Shown here piece after piece: positions 17,301 to 26,473 of a stretch of DNA of 64,000 nt. A model generated the notes under the pieces. It saw nothing but the letters and a program-made list of their open reading frames with translations. It made no database searches and was not told where the DNA came from. The translations under genes were made by a program, and so were the position numbers. Every line of letters begins with the position of its first letter. Within the stretch, counting starts at the first letter, position 1. Source of the DNA: Syntrophorhabdaceae bacterium (GTDB lineage: Bacteria; Desulfobacterota; Syntrophorhabdia; Syntrophorhabdales; Syntrophorhabdaceae); NCBI GenBank assembly GCA_963666485.2, contig CAXXUO010000002.1, forward strand, positions 288,001 to 352,000, read 5' to 3'.

Positions 17301-20126
17301 GCCTATTCCCAGTGCGAGATCGAGAGCAAAACCCGTGCCCTCCACGCTGCCGGCAAGGGTGCCGACCGTGATATTCTGTCCGGCATAGAGGCCATAGCCG
17401 GAACCGTAACTTAAACCGGCCGCGGCGCCGACACCGCCGGCCGCGCCTATACCAATACCAAGTGTACCATTCATCGCAATCCCTTGACCGGCAACGTTTC
17501 CGGTGAGGCTGGTAATTGTGATATCCTTTCCGGCATAGACGCCGTAGCCGGACCCGTAACTGAACCCGGCCCCGACACCGACGCCAGCGCCCGATGCTTC
17601 CCCGTACCCGGCTTGAAGCTGTGCCGCGGAACCCGTACCGGCAACACGTCCGGTAAGGTTGGCGATGGTAATGTTCTCACCGGCATAGAGACCGTAGCCG
17701 GACCCGTAACTGAACCCGGCCCCGACACCGATCCCGGCCCCATTGTTGCCTGACCCTATGCCTATCCCGGCCCCGACAGCCGTTCCTGTTCCATACACGG
17801 TACCCGACAGAGTATTTATTGCGATATTGTTGCCGGCATAGACGCCGTAGCCGGAGCCGTATGCGCCAATAGATTCAATTCCTGCCGCTTTATCCGAATT
17901 CCCCAGCGCGATCCCGAATCCGACTGCCGTCCCGATACCTTCGGCCTTTCCCGACAGGGTGCCGACGGTTACATCTCTGCCGGCGTAAAGACCGTAGCCG
18001 GAACCGTATGCGCCGGTGAGCCCGGCCCCGGCCCCCAGGGACTCGTGATCGTACTTTTGTCCCGTGGTTATCCCGATGCCGGCTCCAACCGCACTGCCTG
18101 TCCCCGTTACCGTACCCGATAAGGTCTCTATCTTTGCGTCCCGTCCGGCGTACAGACCATAACCGGAACCGAAGGCGCCGTTAAAGCCGAGCCCGGCTCC
18201 AACTGCTTTATATTCATACGGTGTCCGTAATCCAAACCCGGCTGTGACCGCGGTCCCGGTCCCGTTCACAGTGCCCGACAGGGTGCCGACCGTAATATCG
18301 TTGCCGGCATAAAGGCCGTAACCGGAACCGTATGCGCCGGTAAATCCTGCTCCGACGCCGGCTGGAACGCGTTTCGTTTCTCCGGTCGCAACCCCGATAT
18401 CAAAACCGACAGCGGTCCCGGTCCCGTTCACAGTGCCCGACAGGGTGCCGACCGTAATATCGTTGCCGGCATAAAGGCCGTAACCGGAACCGTATGCGCC
18501 GGTAAATCCTGCGCCAAATCCCGCAGACCCGTCCCTTTCAAAATCGTCAAACATGCTCGTCCCGCGTCCGAAATCGAATCCGAACCCGACCGATGTCCCG
18601 GTACCGTTCACAGTGCCCGACAGGGTGCCGACCGTAATATCGTTGCCGGCATAAAGGCCGTAACCGGAACCGTATGCGCCGGTAAATCCTGCTCCGACAC
18701 CCTGGCCTTGTGTACTCCATGGATACCCCGAAGTACCGCTGCCGATCCTGAGCCCGGCACCCACGGCGGTCCCGGTCCCGCTCACTTCCCCCGACAGAGT
18801 GCCAATCCCAATATCGTTGCCGGCATAAAGGCCGTAACCGGATGCATACGCGCCGTTAAACCCGACTCCAACTCCGGCTGCCATGTCTGAATAACGCAGG
18901 TAACCCGCCCCGGCGGCGAGCCCGATCGCCATCCCGTCGCCTTTCACGTTCCCCTCGAGAATATTGATCCTGATATCGTGGCCGGCCCACGCGCCATACC
19001 CCGAGGCGAACGAGCCGCTGAATTCGGCCCCCGTCGCCGCGCCGTGCTGGAAAAGCTGCCCCCTGCCGATCGCGATACCAAGTCCGACCGCATTCCCGCT
19101 CCCCGTTACATTGCCCGAGAGCGTGCCGATCCCAATATCATTACCGGCGTAAAGGCCGTAGCCGGATGCATACGCGCCCGTAAACCCAAGCCCAAATACG
19201 TGCCAGGGTTGGGTCGCAACCGAGGTGTCAGGTGCGGAGCCATATCCATCGTATAGTCTTTTTCGCCCGAAGTTTATCGCCAAACCCACCGCCGTCCCGG
19301 TCCCGCTCACGTCGCCGGAGAGGGTGCCGATCGAGATATTTTCACCGGCATACATGCCATACCCCGATCCGTAGGCCCCCGTGAAGCCGTACCTCCCGGC
19401 TCCCACACCTACTCCCGTCCCGCTTCCCGAAACACTGCCCGATAAAGTACCGACGGTGATATTTTTTCCTGCATACATACCAAATCCCGATGCATATGCA
19501 CCCGCAAATATGGCCCCGAGTGCGCCCGACCCCCCGGTGCCGGTCACGGTGCCCGAGAGATTGTCGATAGCGATGTCATTCTCCGCATAGAGGCCAAAAC
19601 CCGTTCCGTATGCTGCGAAAAGCCCGGCTGACGCGCCGAGCCCGCTGACGTTGCCGGAGAGGGTACCGATGGTGATGCTGTCAGCGGAATAGATACCGTA
19701 GGCGTTGCCATAAAAGAGCATGATCCCCATTCCGCTCACGTCGCCGGAGAGTGCGTCCATGGCGAAACCTTTGTCGGCATAGATTCCGTATGTATAAAAG
19801 GGCCGGATCCGGGAACTGTTGAGCTTTACGTCGTGTCCGGGGGCATTTTCAAACTTCACCGGTTTTTTAAGTTCGGGAAGGCTTACGTCGAGCGTTGGAG
19901 GTTCCGTCGATCCGGGCTCCCGCGGGATGTCAAATACGATCTTGTTGCCGTCGTCATCTCCGCTTGCGTTAAGGTCTTGAATCGCCTGGTTGAGGGACCC
20001 CGGGCCGGAATCATTCGTGCTCGTGACGCGGTATTCTTTGGCCGGTCCGGCACAAGGAAAGGCCAGAAACATCAAAAGAAAAAATACGAGGCATGCAGCG
20101 GATTTCTTTTTTGGGAAGTCGTTCAT
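14361..20126 (-). CDS. autotransporter (type Va) with glycine-rich beta-helical repeat passenger
   Basis: Signal peptide; VTSTNDSGPGSL.QAI N-cap; about 20 GYGLYAG.DITIGTLSG.V.G.G repeats; autochaperone NLAFLDPSLNYDSKNVYLTLTRN; C-terminal beta-barrel ending FKYRW. Confidence 0.93.
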   Translation of the reverse strand: MNDFPKKKSAACLVFFLLMFLAFPCAGPAKEYRVTSTNDSGPGSLNQAIQDLNASGDDDGNKIVFDIPREPGSTEPPTLDVSLPELKKPVKFENAPGHDVKLNSSRIRPFYTYGIYADKGFAMDALSGDVSGMGIMLFYGNAYGIYSADSITIGTLSGNVSGLGASAGLFAAYGTGFGLYAENDIAIDNLSGTVTGTGGSGALGAIFAGAYASGFGMYAGKNITVGTLSGSVSGSGTGVGVGAGRYGFTGAYGSGYGMYAGENISIGTLSGDVSGTGTAVGLAINFGRKRLYDGYGSAPDTSVATQPWHVFGLGFTGAYASGYGLYAGNDIGIGTLSGNVTGSGNAVGLGIAIGRGQLFQHGAATGAEFSGSFASGYGAWAGHDIRINILEGNVKGDGMAIGLAAGAGYLRYSDMAAGVGVGFNGAYASGYGLYAGNDIGIGTLSGEVSGTGTAVGAGLRIGSGTSGYPWSTQGQGVGAGFTGAYGSGYGLYAGNDITVGTLSGTVNGTGTSVGFGFDFGRGTSMFDDFERDGSAGFGAGFTGAYGSGYGLYAGNDITVGTLSGTVNGTGTAVGFDIGVATGETKRVPAGVGAGFTGAYGSGYGLYAGNDITVGTLSGTVNGTGTAVTAGFGLRTPYEYKAVGAGLGFNGAFGSGYGLYAGRDAKIETLSGTVTGTGSAVGAGIGITTGQKYDHESLGAGAGLTGAYGSGYGLYAGRDVTVGTLSGKAEGIGTAVGFGIALGNSDKAAGIESIGAYGSGYGVYAGNNIAINTLSGTVYGTGTAVGAGIGIGSGNNGAGIGVGAGFSYGSGYGLYAGENITIANLTGRVAGTGSAAQLQAGYGEASGAGVGVGAGFSYGSGYGVYAGKDITITSLTGNVAGQGIAMNGTLGIGIGAAGGVGAAAGLSYGSGYGLYAGQNITVGTLAGSVEGTGFALDLALGIGVGIEDGVGVGAAAGLSYGSGYGVYAGNNLAIGTLSGNVYGSGTAVGGGLGIGLQGVGVGGGAGSGYGLYAGDTITIDTLSGNVTGSGFALSTGVGIGAIPAGVGGGDGSGYGIYAGKDITIDTLSGTVKGNGTDVATGVVGVASTTGYGLYAGKDITIGTLSGNVNAHGTAIGVGAGGVGYAAGYGLYAGENIKIDTLSGTVSASATTVGGVVGAGFNSAYGLYADKDISVRIMSGTIKAEPANYWLRIPGTAHNAYGIYAKGALNGGTPDTAMFISGKVFANASGDAVAIRSEGAMNIYVVGTVSGVDTSWFQWMWNDGYAIYGGKGDDIVSLDTGATIIGKIDLGKGNNTLNLYGSNSLNSYFKNITNLNVGNGTRGAYWTLESGAKDSSFANANIKPYGILAVNTDVTGGVNIAGNGILTGSGTITGDVTNSGILMPYNRNNPIGKDNRMTIYGNYTHNPGALFMIRANEMGQADRLVVAKPHWYSRGQGTATLMGGTVSVLADTGTYAKDTKYTILTANTVDGTFKNAETNLAFLDPSLNYDSKNVYLTLTRNGRAYSDVAETPNQKSVARIFEKAEQDKNKVPVPQDRIKMAVSQGRPSLGSAMTSLESHSAQGAKNSYDRLAGYNHTASASAGFSQFNRYMDVMKERAHSFLSGNPGSSFAGLPIMGSRTDMGASAPTLLLAQLNALEAADQPIVQPQWGFFARGYGGFGETRQNDISSRYDQATSGFVMGYDTKLSPSLLMGITMGYSYTKLGMDALSDTAYVKGHQASVYGVYSHGPVYVNGILGYGYNDYDTTRLLAFSSDDRIAQASYAGHIASGYVETGYRFTGTFMDIVPLAGIQASYLLRDGFTESGAETLALSVDRQNYSSLVSSLGVRLRKEFALESGTLIPEMKLRWDHEFSDDTYGMNASFTGYPGAPFTVIPDRPDRDRLVAGVSVIRQGMGNLSLYLSYEGAFSANETLHTGGMGFKYRW
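18262..18692. repeat. three identical 89-bp intragenic direct repeats in the autotransporter
   Basis: CCGTTCACAGTGCCCGACAGGG...CCGGTAAATCCTGC is identical at 18262-18350, 18424-18512 and 18604-18692. Confidence 0.9.
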
Positions 20127-20544
20127 GGCTTTCTCCTTATAATGCCGGATACGATCGAGCCTCTCGGACCTTTTCGTAACCTGATAATTTTTATGGTGCT
20201 CTATATTCTAGCTTTTATACGGACTCCCGCACTATAGAGAGATATCGATATTTGATGTAGATAAAAGCTGATAAAATTAGGATCTTTACGTCCCGTTGAA
20301 AAAAGATTGTTTCGCAGAAAAACAGAGAGACCCTGCCACCAGGCCGGATTCTAGTAAATTCCTGATTCGTCGATGCAGGATCGATCCCGCCCCGGAATAT
20401 CTGCCTGAACCTTAAATACGTGCCCATGGTTATGTGAATAAATAACCGACTACAGGTAATCGTTAGGTCCAACGACATCATTCTGTCCCCGTACCTGATT
20501 AAATGATTCCCATTTAGGATCATTTGATCGTGAGGAGGTTTTTC

Positions 20545-21837
20545 ATGAAAAAATTGGCTTTAACCCTGTTAACTCTCTTGCTTGCCATCCCCGCATTGAG
20601 CGACGCGGGCGGCGTATCGAGCAGGTACGACGTGACATTCGGCGGGTATGTAAAATATGATGTCGGTTATTCAACGCAGAATAATAATGCGGACCCGATA
20701 CTGGCCAGCCGGGAAAGCAGCGGTAGAATTAGATGGCTCGCGGATGACTATGGGAATACATTCCAGACCGCGGGCGAAACGCGCTTTAACTTCCTCATCA
20801 AGGGCCCCGACCTGGGCGGCGCCAAAACAAAGGCCTTTATCGAAGGCGATTTCCGGGGGGTGACAACAGGAAGTTCTTACGGCGGTTTCCAGTTAAGGCA
20901 CGCTTTCATGACCCTGAACTGGCCGACTGCGGAATTAATGCTCGGGCAGAACTGGCAGCAATGGGGCATGCCGTACTATAACGCGGCGATCGGCATCAAT
21001 GATTTCGCCCAGTATATTGGCGGGCACAGGACCCCCCAGGCGGCATTCCGTTATTTTTTTACAAAGGAGTTCAATGCAATGGCCGGTCTGACCGCGGCGA
21101 CGGAATGGTCGGGAGCCGACGGGATCAACGGGTACAATGACGGTTATGCTCGAAGCGGCTGGCCCGGGCTCATGGGCGAGATAGCGTACACGACGGACGG
21201 GTGCGGCAAGATCGGACCGAACAACCTGAAATTTGCCATTGGCGGGTACTTCGGGAAAGAGAAACAGATATGGCCCCCGTACAAATCAACGCGCAGCGAA
21301 AAAGGGTACCAGGACGATGAAGTCGATGCATGGCTCACCGCCTTCCGGTACAGCATTCCCCTCGTCCCGGAAAAACAGGGCAATAAGGCAATGTCCCTTC
21401 TCCTGAACGGCAATTTCTTTTACGGCCAGAACGTGGCAGGCAATAACTGGATGATGCCCGGCGGCCCGAGCAATGGCTCATACTGGCGTAATTTCCGCAC
21501 CATGGAAGCTGCTGCCCCGGTGGTATGGGGAGCTTTCGCCCAACTTTCATGGTGGCTGACGGATACGCTGTCGGTCAACGGAATGTACGGGTACCTGAAA
21601 TATAAATATAGCACCATAGCCGAGGACCTGATGCCTGACCATGTCAACATGATGCAGACCTGGGGCGTGAATCTCTTGTGGAACGCCAACGAATCGCTGC
21701 GGTTGGGCCTGCAGTGGATGACGATGTTCACGGGGTACAACAGGCCGTACTATTTCCCGGCAATAGGCTTCAAGGACTCCGGGGACCGCACGGGAAAGAT
21801 CGACCAGTACAGGCTGGCAGCGTGGTATTTCTTCTAA
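20545..21837 (+). CDS. outer-membrane porin (DcaP-like)
   Basis: Signal peptide MKKLALTLL...; FGGYVKYD, ETRFNF, AFIEGDF, LRHAF, LGQNW; terminal aromatic WYFF; GAGGAGG RBS. Confidence 0.8.
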   Translation: MKKLALTLLTLLLAIPALSDAGGVSSRYDVTFGGYVKYDVGYSTQNNNADPILASRESSGRIRWLADDYGNTFQTAGETRFNFLIKGPDLGGAKTKAFIEGDFRGVTTGSSYGGFQLRHAFMTLNWPTAELMLGQNWQQWGMPYYNAAIGINDFAQYIGGHRTPQAAFRYFFTKEFNAMAGLTAATEWSGADGINGYNDGYARSGWPGLMGEIAYTTDGCGKIGPNNLKFAIGGYFGKEKQIWPPYKSTRSEKGYQDDEVDAWLTAFRYSIPLVPEKQGNKAMSLLLNGNFFYGQNVAGNNWMMPGGPSNGSYWRNFRTMEAAAPVVWGAFAQLSWWLTDTLSVNGMYGYLKYKYSTIAEDLMPDHVNMMQTWGVNLLWNANESLRLGLQWMTMFTGYNRPYYFPAIGFKDSGDRTGKIDQYRLAAWYFF

Positions 21838-21854
21838 GACATTTCCCGGCTCAC

Positions 21855-21884
21855 ATGGGTCCCTTATAGTCAGGGGCCCATTTA
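21855..21884 (+). terminator. probable intrinsic terminator after the porin
   Basis: Hairpin ATGGGTCCCT-TATAGTC-AGGGGCCCAT followed by a short T run. Confidence 0.5.
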
Positions 21885-21953
21885 ACCCTGCCGGCCGACA
21901 ATCGTTCGCTTGTTTTCCCGGGCGGCATATACTACAATTCTAGCATTCACGGG

Positions 21954-23666
21954 ATGACACGAGAAGGTTCAACGAAGAGTAAAGCCAGAACAGCACAGGT
22001 CTTAAGGCTCCTGCACGCATTGCTTTCAGATATCGCCGGGCCGGAGATCAGGCGGCTTGTCACCGCCGCCCTTTTCATTTGTCTCTCCACTTTTGGTTCC
22101 ATCGCCGGGCCTTTCCTCATAAAAGAGATCATAGATGTCGCGCTTCCGGCGAGGGATGTCCGCCTCCTCGGCATTTACTCGGTACTCCTGCTCCTGACGA
22201 ATGCGGTTGCGCTCGTTTTCTGGTCCATCCATTCCCGTTTCGCCATACGCTCATCCGAAAGGATCTTTCTGAAATTCCGCGAAAAGCTTGTTTCCGCCGT
22301 CTTGCGGAAGAGGCTCGATTTCTTCTCCCGGTACGGGTCGGGGGATATCCTTACGAGAGTTAATAACGACCTCGACTTTATCAGCCTTTTTCTCCATCAG
22401 ACGGTGCTGCGCTGCCTGGCGTTTTCCGTTTTCTCGATCGTCCTCCTGGCCGGGCTCATTATCTGGAACTGGCGGCTGGGCCTCACATTCCTGCTGACCC
22501 TTCCCTTTCTCCAGTTCTACGCCTGGAAAACATACGAGCCCGCGGCGAAACATTTCAGGTTATCCAAGGAGAAACTTTCATCGCAGAGCGAGACCCTTCT
22601 CGATATCCTCGCCGGCGTCCCTGAACTGAGGTTCTACCAGCAGGGCCGGGAGGCGGTCCGGCGCTTCCGGCGCAACGCGGAGGCATATACCGAACAAAAT
22701 ATCCGGACGCTCATGATCAGTGATCATTTTTCGAACGGGCTCGATTTTCTCGGGGTACTGGTGCGGCTCCTGCCGTTCATCGTCGGCGGCTATCTTATCT
22801 GCCTCGGCTCATCCGACATTACGATAGGCATGCTCGTTGCCTATTTTGTCATATTCTTCCGCCTCGCGCTCCAGATATTCGCCATTTTTCAAGGCATCCT
22901 TGCATCCGCACAGGCGCTGCCCTCATTGCAGCGCCTGAAAGAACTCCTGGATTTTCCCGAAGATACCGAGCCCGAAGAGTTCGGCATCGATGAGGTCCCT
23001 GACGCGACCGATATTGAATTTAACGATGTCTCGTTCGCTTATCCGAACGGTCATCCCGTTTTTACAGGCCTCAACCTCCGTGTCAGCCAGGGAGAAAAGG
23101 TGGCCATCATGGGCCAGAGTGGATCCGGCAAAAGCACGCTCGCGCAGCTGATCACGCGGTTCCTTGCCCCGAGTTCCGGCCATGTGCTTTTCGGAGGCAA
23201 GGATGTCAGATCGTACCCCCTGGCGTTTTACCTGAGCTTTTTCGCCTATGTCCGGCAGGAGGCCCATTTATTCAAGGTCAGTTTCAAGGACAATATCGCG
23301 ATGGGGTGGTACGGGGTCCCCCTGGACCGCATCAAGGAAGCGGCGTCCCTTGTCCGCATGAACGACGTAATCGAGCGATTGCCGATGCACTATGACACCG
23401 TGTATGCCGAGGACGGCACGAATCTTTCCGGCGGGCAGAAACAAAGGATCGCTCTCGCGCGGGCGCTTATCCGGGACCCCCATATCCTGGTCCTCGACGA
23501 ATTCACCTCCGGGCTCGACCCCCAGGTGGAAAAAGAGATACTTGACGACATGTTCGCATTGTTCGAGAAACAGACGATCATATGCATAACCCATAAACAA
23601 TCGGTCGCCGACAGGTTTCAGAGGACCATTACGATCGGCCAGGCCGTGCACTCTCCCATTTCGTGA
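21954..23666 (+). CDS. ABC exporter, fused permease/ATP-binding protein
   Basis: N-terminal TM domain (SGDILTRVNNDL); Walker A GQSGSGKS, signature LSGGQKQRIALAR, Walker B ILVLDEFTS, H-loop ITHK. Confidence 0.93.
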   Translation: MTREGSTKSKARTAQVLRLLHALLSDIAGPEIRRLVTAALFICLSTFGSIAGPFLIKEIIDVALPARDVRLLGIYSVLLLLTNAVALVFWSIHSRFAIRSSERIFLKFREKLVSAVLRKRLDFFSRYGSGDILTRVNNDLDFISLFLHQTVLRCLAFSVFSIVLLAGLIIWNWRLGLTFLLTLPFLQFYAWKTYEPAAKHFRLSKEKLSSQSETLLDILAGVPELRFYQQGREAVRRFRRNAEAYTEQNIRTLMISDHFSNGLDFLGVLVRLLPFIVGGYLICLGSSDITIGMLVAYFVIFFRLALQIFAIFQGILASAQALPSLQRLKELLDFPEDTEPEEFGIDEVPDATDIEFNDVSFAYPNGHPVFTGLNLRVSQGEKVAIMGQSGSGKSTLAQLITRFLAPSSGHVLFGGKDVRSYPLAFYLSFFAYVRQEAHLFKVSFKDNIAMGWYGVPLDRIKEAASLVRMNDVIERLPMHYDTVYAEDGTNLSGGQKQRIALARALIRDPHILVLDEFTSGLDPQVEKEILDDMFALFEKQTIICITHKQSVADRFQRTITIGQAVHSPIS

Positions 23667-23713
23667 GATAATGGGACGCAATAATTCATGAGTTCATTGA
23701 GGAGGAATATTAC

Positions 23714-24700
23714 ATGATCAAATTGACGCCGGATGAGGTCAGGGAACGTTTCGGGAAATTCTATTATGAATCCTTCCTCACAATAGTGGATAGTGAAAAA
23801 AGTAAGATCGAGATAGTCGAAACCTTCGGCAATTATCCCGGCAGTGCGGAATGGACTGCGATAAACAGGTGCCGGGCAGGAGGAATAATCGAGTCCTATG
23901 AAATATACGGGCAGACATCGTATATCAGGGCCAGGCTGGGCGAATCTCCCGTTCATTTCGGGCCCGCGGATGCCGAGCAGGGCGGACAGGCGCTGCAGGG
24001 GGCGCTGGTCGAAGGTGACCGGGTCAGGACAAAATGGATCGGCATCGCAGGCATGAGCCTGAGCACATGCGGTTCCCTGACGCAGGCCCCGGGGGTCATC
24101 GAAGCGTGGTACCCCTCCGAAGACGACCTCAATGTCGGGGGCAATAAGACAGGGCGTGTCGAGATCATCTCTCCGGCGTACGAAAAAATAAGCTTCGGTA
24201 TTGACGATACGGACGACCCGAGCGGCGGGGCAACATTCGCGCTTATAGTGAACGCGCGGCTCGAGGCGGGCAAGATCCCCGGGGTACACCCTCTTATGGT
24301 CAGGTTTGCCCAGTTGCTGCCGAAGTGCCCTTATAAAACGACGAACTGTACGTCGTCATTTATGTCCTTCGCGGTCAGGCCGGGTACAGCCCGGAAGGTC
24401 ATCGATGTCATCGTGGACATGGTCAGGTCTCAATCACGCTCCGATGATGCCGCAATCGCCGTGCTGAGCGGTATAGGTGTGCCCGGGAACCTGGTTGCCT
24501 TCGGGTGGGATGCGAAAAGGCGCATGATCTCGCTCGACGAGGCATATGCGTTGGATGGCAAAGAAGGGGTTGATCTGATCCCCGTGGGACCCGGCAAAAA
24601 GGGGCTGATCGGCGCATTGGCTGCACTTGGCCTCTCCGAAGAAAAATATGCCGCCGCCCTCGAAAATGATAAAGGTTTTGACCTTATCAGAAGATGGTAG
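23714..24700 (+). CDS. methanogenesis marker protein 11 (Mmp11) homologue, TiaS-N-like GIDDTD domain
   Basis: N-terminal region ..IEIVE..EW..NR.RAGG, GGQAL..VEGD.V.T.W.GIAG, QAPGV; then SFGIDDTD..GGATF, QL.P.CP.KTTNC.S and GLIGALAALG. Recognised from family memory, not from a search. Confidence 0.75.
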   Translation: MIKLTPDEVRERFGKFYYESFLTIVDSEKSKIEIVETFGNYPGSAEWTAINRCRAGGIIESYEIYGQTSYIRARLGESPVHFGPADAEQGGQALQGALVEGDRVRTKWIGIAGMSLSTCGSLTQAPGVIEAWYPSEDDLNVGGNKTGRVEIISPAYEKISFGIDDTDDPSGGATFALIVNARLEAGKIPGVHPLMVRFAQLLPKCPYKTTNCTSSFMSFAVRPGTARKVIDVIVDMVRSQSRSDDAAIAVLSGIGVPGNLVAFGWDAKRRMISLDEAYALDGKEGVDLIPVGPGKKGLIGALAALGLSEEKYAAALENDKGFDLIRRW

Positions 24701-24725
24701 AAAACGACCGCTTTAGGACTGTTCC

Positions 24726-26231
24726 GTGGAACCTTTCGCTGACAATTCAACGCTGATCGTACCGAACGATCTTTTTTATATGCCCCTCATCCAGGCTTTT
24801 ATATCTGAGGTTGCAAACAGGATGGGATTCAGCAAGCGTGACATGTCCATGATGATGGTCGCTGTCGAAGAAGCGGTCGTGAACGTGGTCAGGCATGCCT
24901 TTGAGCCCGGTGAGAAAACAACCTTTCAGGTCATTGTTGCACCGGGCAATATGAACTTAACGGTCATTATCAAAGACAAGGGACTGCCGTATTCACCTGG
25001 CATCGTGCCCGATTATAACCCCCCGTCCGATATTTATGACGCAGCCAATGCCGGGCTTGGCTTATATCTTATAAGGAAGGGCGTTGACGAAATATTTTTC
25101 AATAACCTGGGCCGGGAAGGCAAAGAACTGCACCTTGTCAAACATGTTCCGTACCGCAGTGTCCAGGAGATACACACCGAAACCGAACTTGAACGTTTCC
25201 CTGAACCTGTCGTAACAGGACCGGCCAAACAAAAGTCCTTTTCCATCCGCCCGATAGAACCGTCCGAGGTTTACGACGTGTCAAGGCTGTTTTACCGGAC
25301 GTACGGGTATACATACGGCGTCGATACGATCTATTACCCTGAAAAACTCGCCCAAAGCCACGCCGATGGAACGATAACATCCGTGGTGACTGTCGGGGAA
25401 GATGGCCGCCTCGTCGGGCATGCCGCACTTGTGCGCGATGGCAGGGAAGACAGGATAGCCGAGCTGGCAATGGCTGTTGTCGAGCCCTCGTACAGGGGGC
25501 ACGGATGTCAAAACCTGATGACCCTGCGCCTCGTTGAGGAAGCGAAGAAGGAAGGCCTCGCCGGGATATACAGCAAGGCCGTCACCAATCACATGTACGC
25601 ACAGAAAGCCGGGGAGAAAGCGGGATTCAAACGGTGTGCGCTTGTCGCCGGTGTGATCCCCGCAGACAGGATATATAAGGGAATGGACGCTGCCTTAACC
25701 CAGCGCGGATCGGTGGTCTTTGGGTACAAGGCGGTTGGCGACCCGGGGAATATCATGGTGTTTGCACCGTCAAAACACAGCGCGATCATCCAGAAGACGT
25801 ACGGGGCATTGGGGATAGACCGGGTCTTCGCGGAAGGGCCCCGGAAAGAGCAGGAGGCCGATGAGGAGCCAGGGGACGTCAGGGTCGCCGTTATTCCCGG
25901 ATTCAACCGTGGGACAATTGAGGTCAAGAAATACGGAAAGCATACAGCGGTGCAGGTGCACACCATCCTCAAGATGCTTTGTTACCAGAAGGTCGACCAG
26001 ATAACGCTTTATCTCAATTCCCACGATCCGGCCATATGTGGTCTGATCGACACATTTGAAAACATGGGGTTCTTCTACGCAGGCATCCTGCCCTTTTCGC
26101 ACGTGGGAGACGCGCTGCTGCTCCAATATCTCAACAATGCGCCCATCGATTACGACAAGGTTTACGTGGCATGCGAGATGGGCCGCGAGATCCTGGAATA
26201 TGTGAGATCATGCGATCCTAACAACCGGTAG
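24726..26231 (+). CDS. fusion of RsbW/SpoIIAB-like anti-sigma kinase (HATPase_c) and GNAT acetyltransferase domains
   Basis: N box VEEAVVNVVRHAF, G1 IKDKG, G2 GLGLYLI; then GRLVGHAAL, AVVEPSYRGHG, AVTNH.YAQK, GFFYAGILP; GTG start. Confidence 0.85.
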   Translation: MEPFADNSTLIVPNDLFYMPLIQAFISEVANRMGFSKRDMSMMMVAVEEAVVNVVRHAFEPGEKTTFQVIVAPGNMNLTVIIKDKGLPYSPGIVPDYNPPSDIYDAANAGLGLYLIRKGVDEIFFNNLGREGKELHLVKHVPYRSVQEIHTETELERFPEPVVTGPAKQKSFSIRPIEPSEVYDVSRLFYRTYGYTYGVDTIYYPEKLAQSHADGTITSVVTVGEDGRLVGHAALVRDGREDRIAELAMAVVEPSYRGHGCQNLMTLRLVEEAKKEGLAGIYSKAVTNHMYAQKAGEKAGFKRCALVAGVIPADRIYKGMDAALTQRGSVVFGYKAVGDPGNIMVFAPSKHSAIIQKTYGALGIDRVFAEGPRKEQEADEEPGDVRVAVIPGFNRGTIEVKKYGKHTAVQVHTILKMLCYQKVDQITLYLNSHDPAICGLIDTFENMGFFYAGILPFSHVGDALLLQYLNNAPIDYDKVYVACEMGREILEYVRSCDPNNR

Positions 26232-26232
26232 A

Positions 26233-26332
26233 CCACACACACCCCTCGTCATCCACACACACCCCTCGTCATCCACACACCACCGTCGTCATCCACACAC
26301 CACCGTCGTCATCCACACACCACCGTCGTCAT
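26233..26332. repeat. five tandem 20-bp repeats
   Basis: 2 x CCACACACACCCCTCGTCAT then 3 x CCACACACCACCGTCGTCAT, with no spacers. Confidence 0.95.
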
Positions 26333-26473
26333 CCCGGTGCTTGACACCGGGATCCAGTGTCTTTGTCCTTTCTTTTTTATTTCCGGTATAAGCGATCTCA
26401 GACTGTGCAATAACCACATGCAAGACGGATATGAGAGAAATCCTGGATCCCGGTGTCAAGCACCGGGATGACG
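26327..26473. repeat. REP/MITE-like palindromic element (31-bp perfect inverted repeats)
   Basis: CGTCATCCCGGTGCTTGACACCGGGATCCAG (26327-26357) and its exact reverse complement (26443-26473); each arm has an internal hairpin ATCCCGGTG-CTTGA-CACCGGGAT. Confidence 0.85.

Noticed and set aside
18262..18692. CRISPR-like or DGR template/variable repeats
   Set aside because: The repeats are 89 bp, in frame within the autotransporter, identical rather than adenine-mutated, and there is no reverse transcriptase nearby.
23714..24700. TiaS (tRNA-Ile2 agmatinylcytidine synthetase)
   Set aside because: GIDDTD is internal rather than N-terminal, and no C-terminal OB-fold/zinc-ribbon region is evident; the layout fits Mmp11 better.
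26233..26332. CRISPR array
   Set aside because: The 20-bp units abut directly with no unique spacers, and there are no cas genes in the window.
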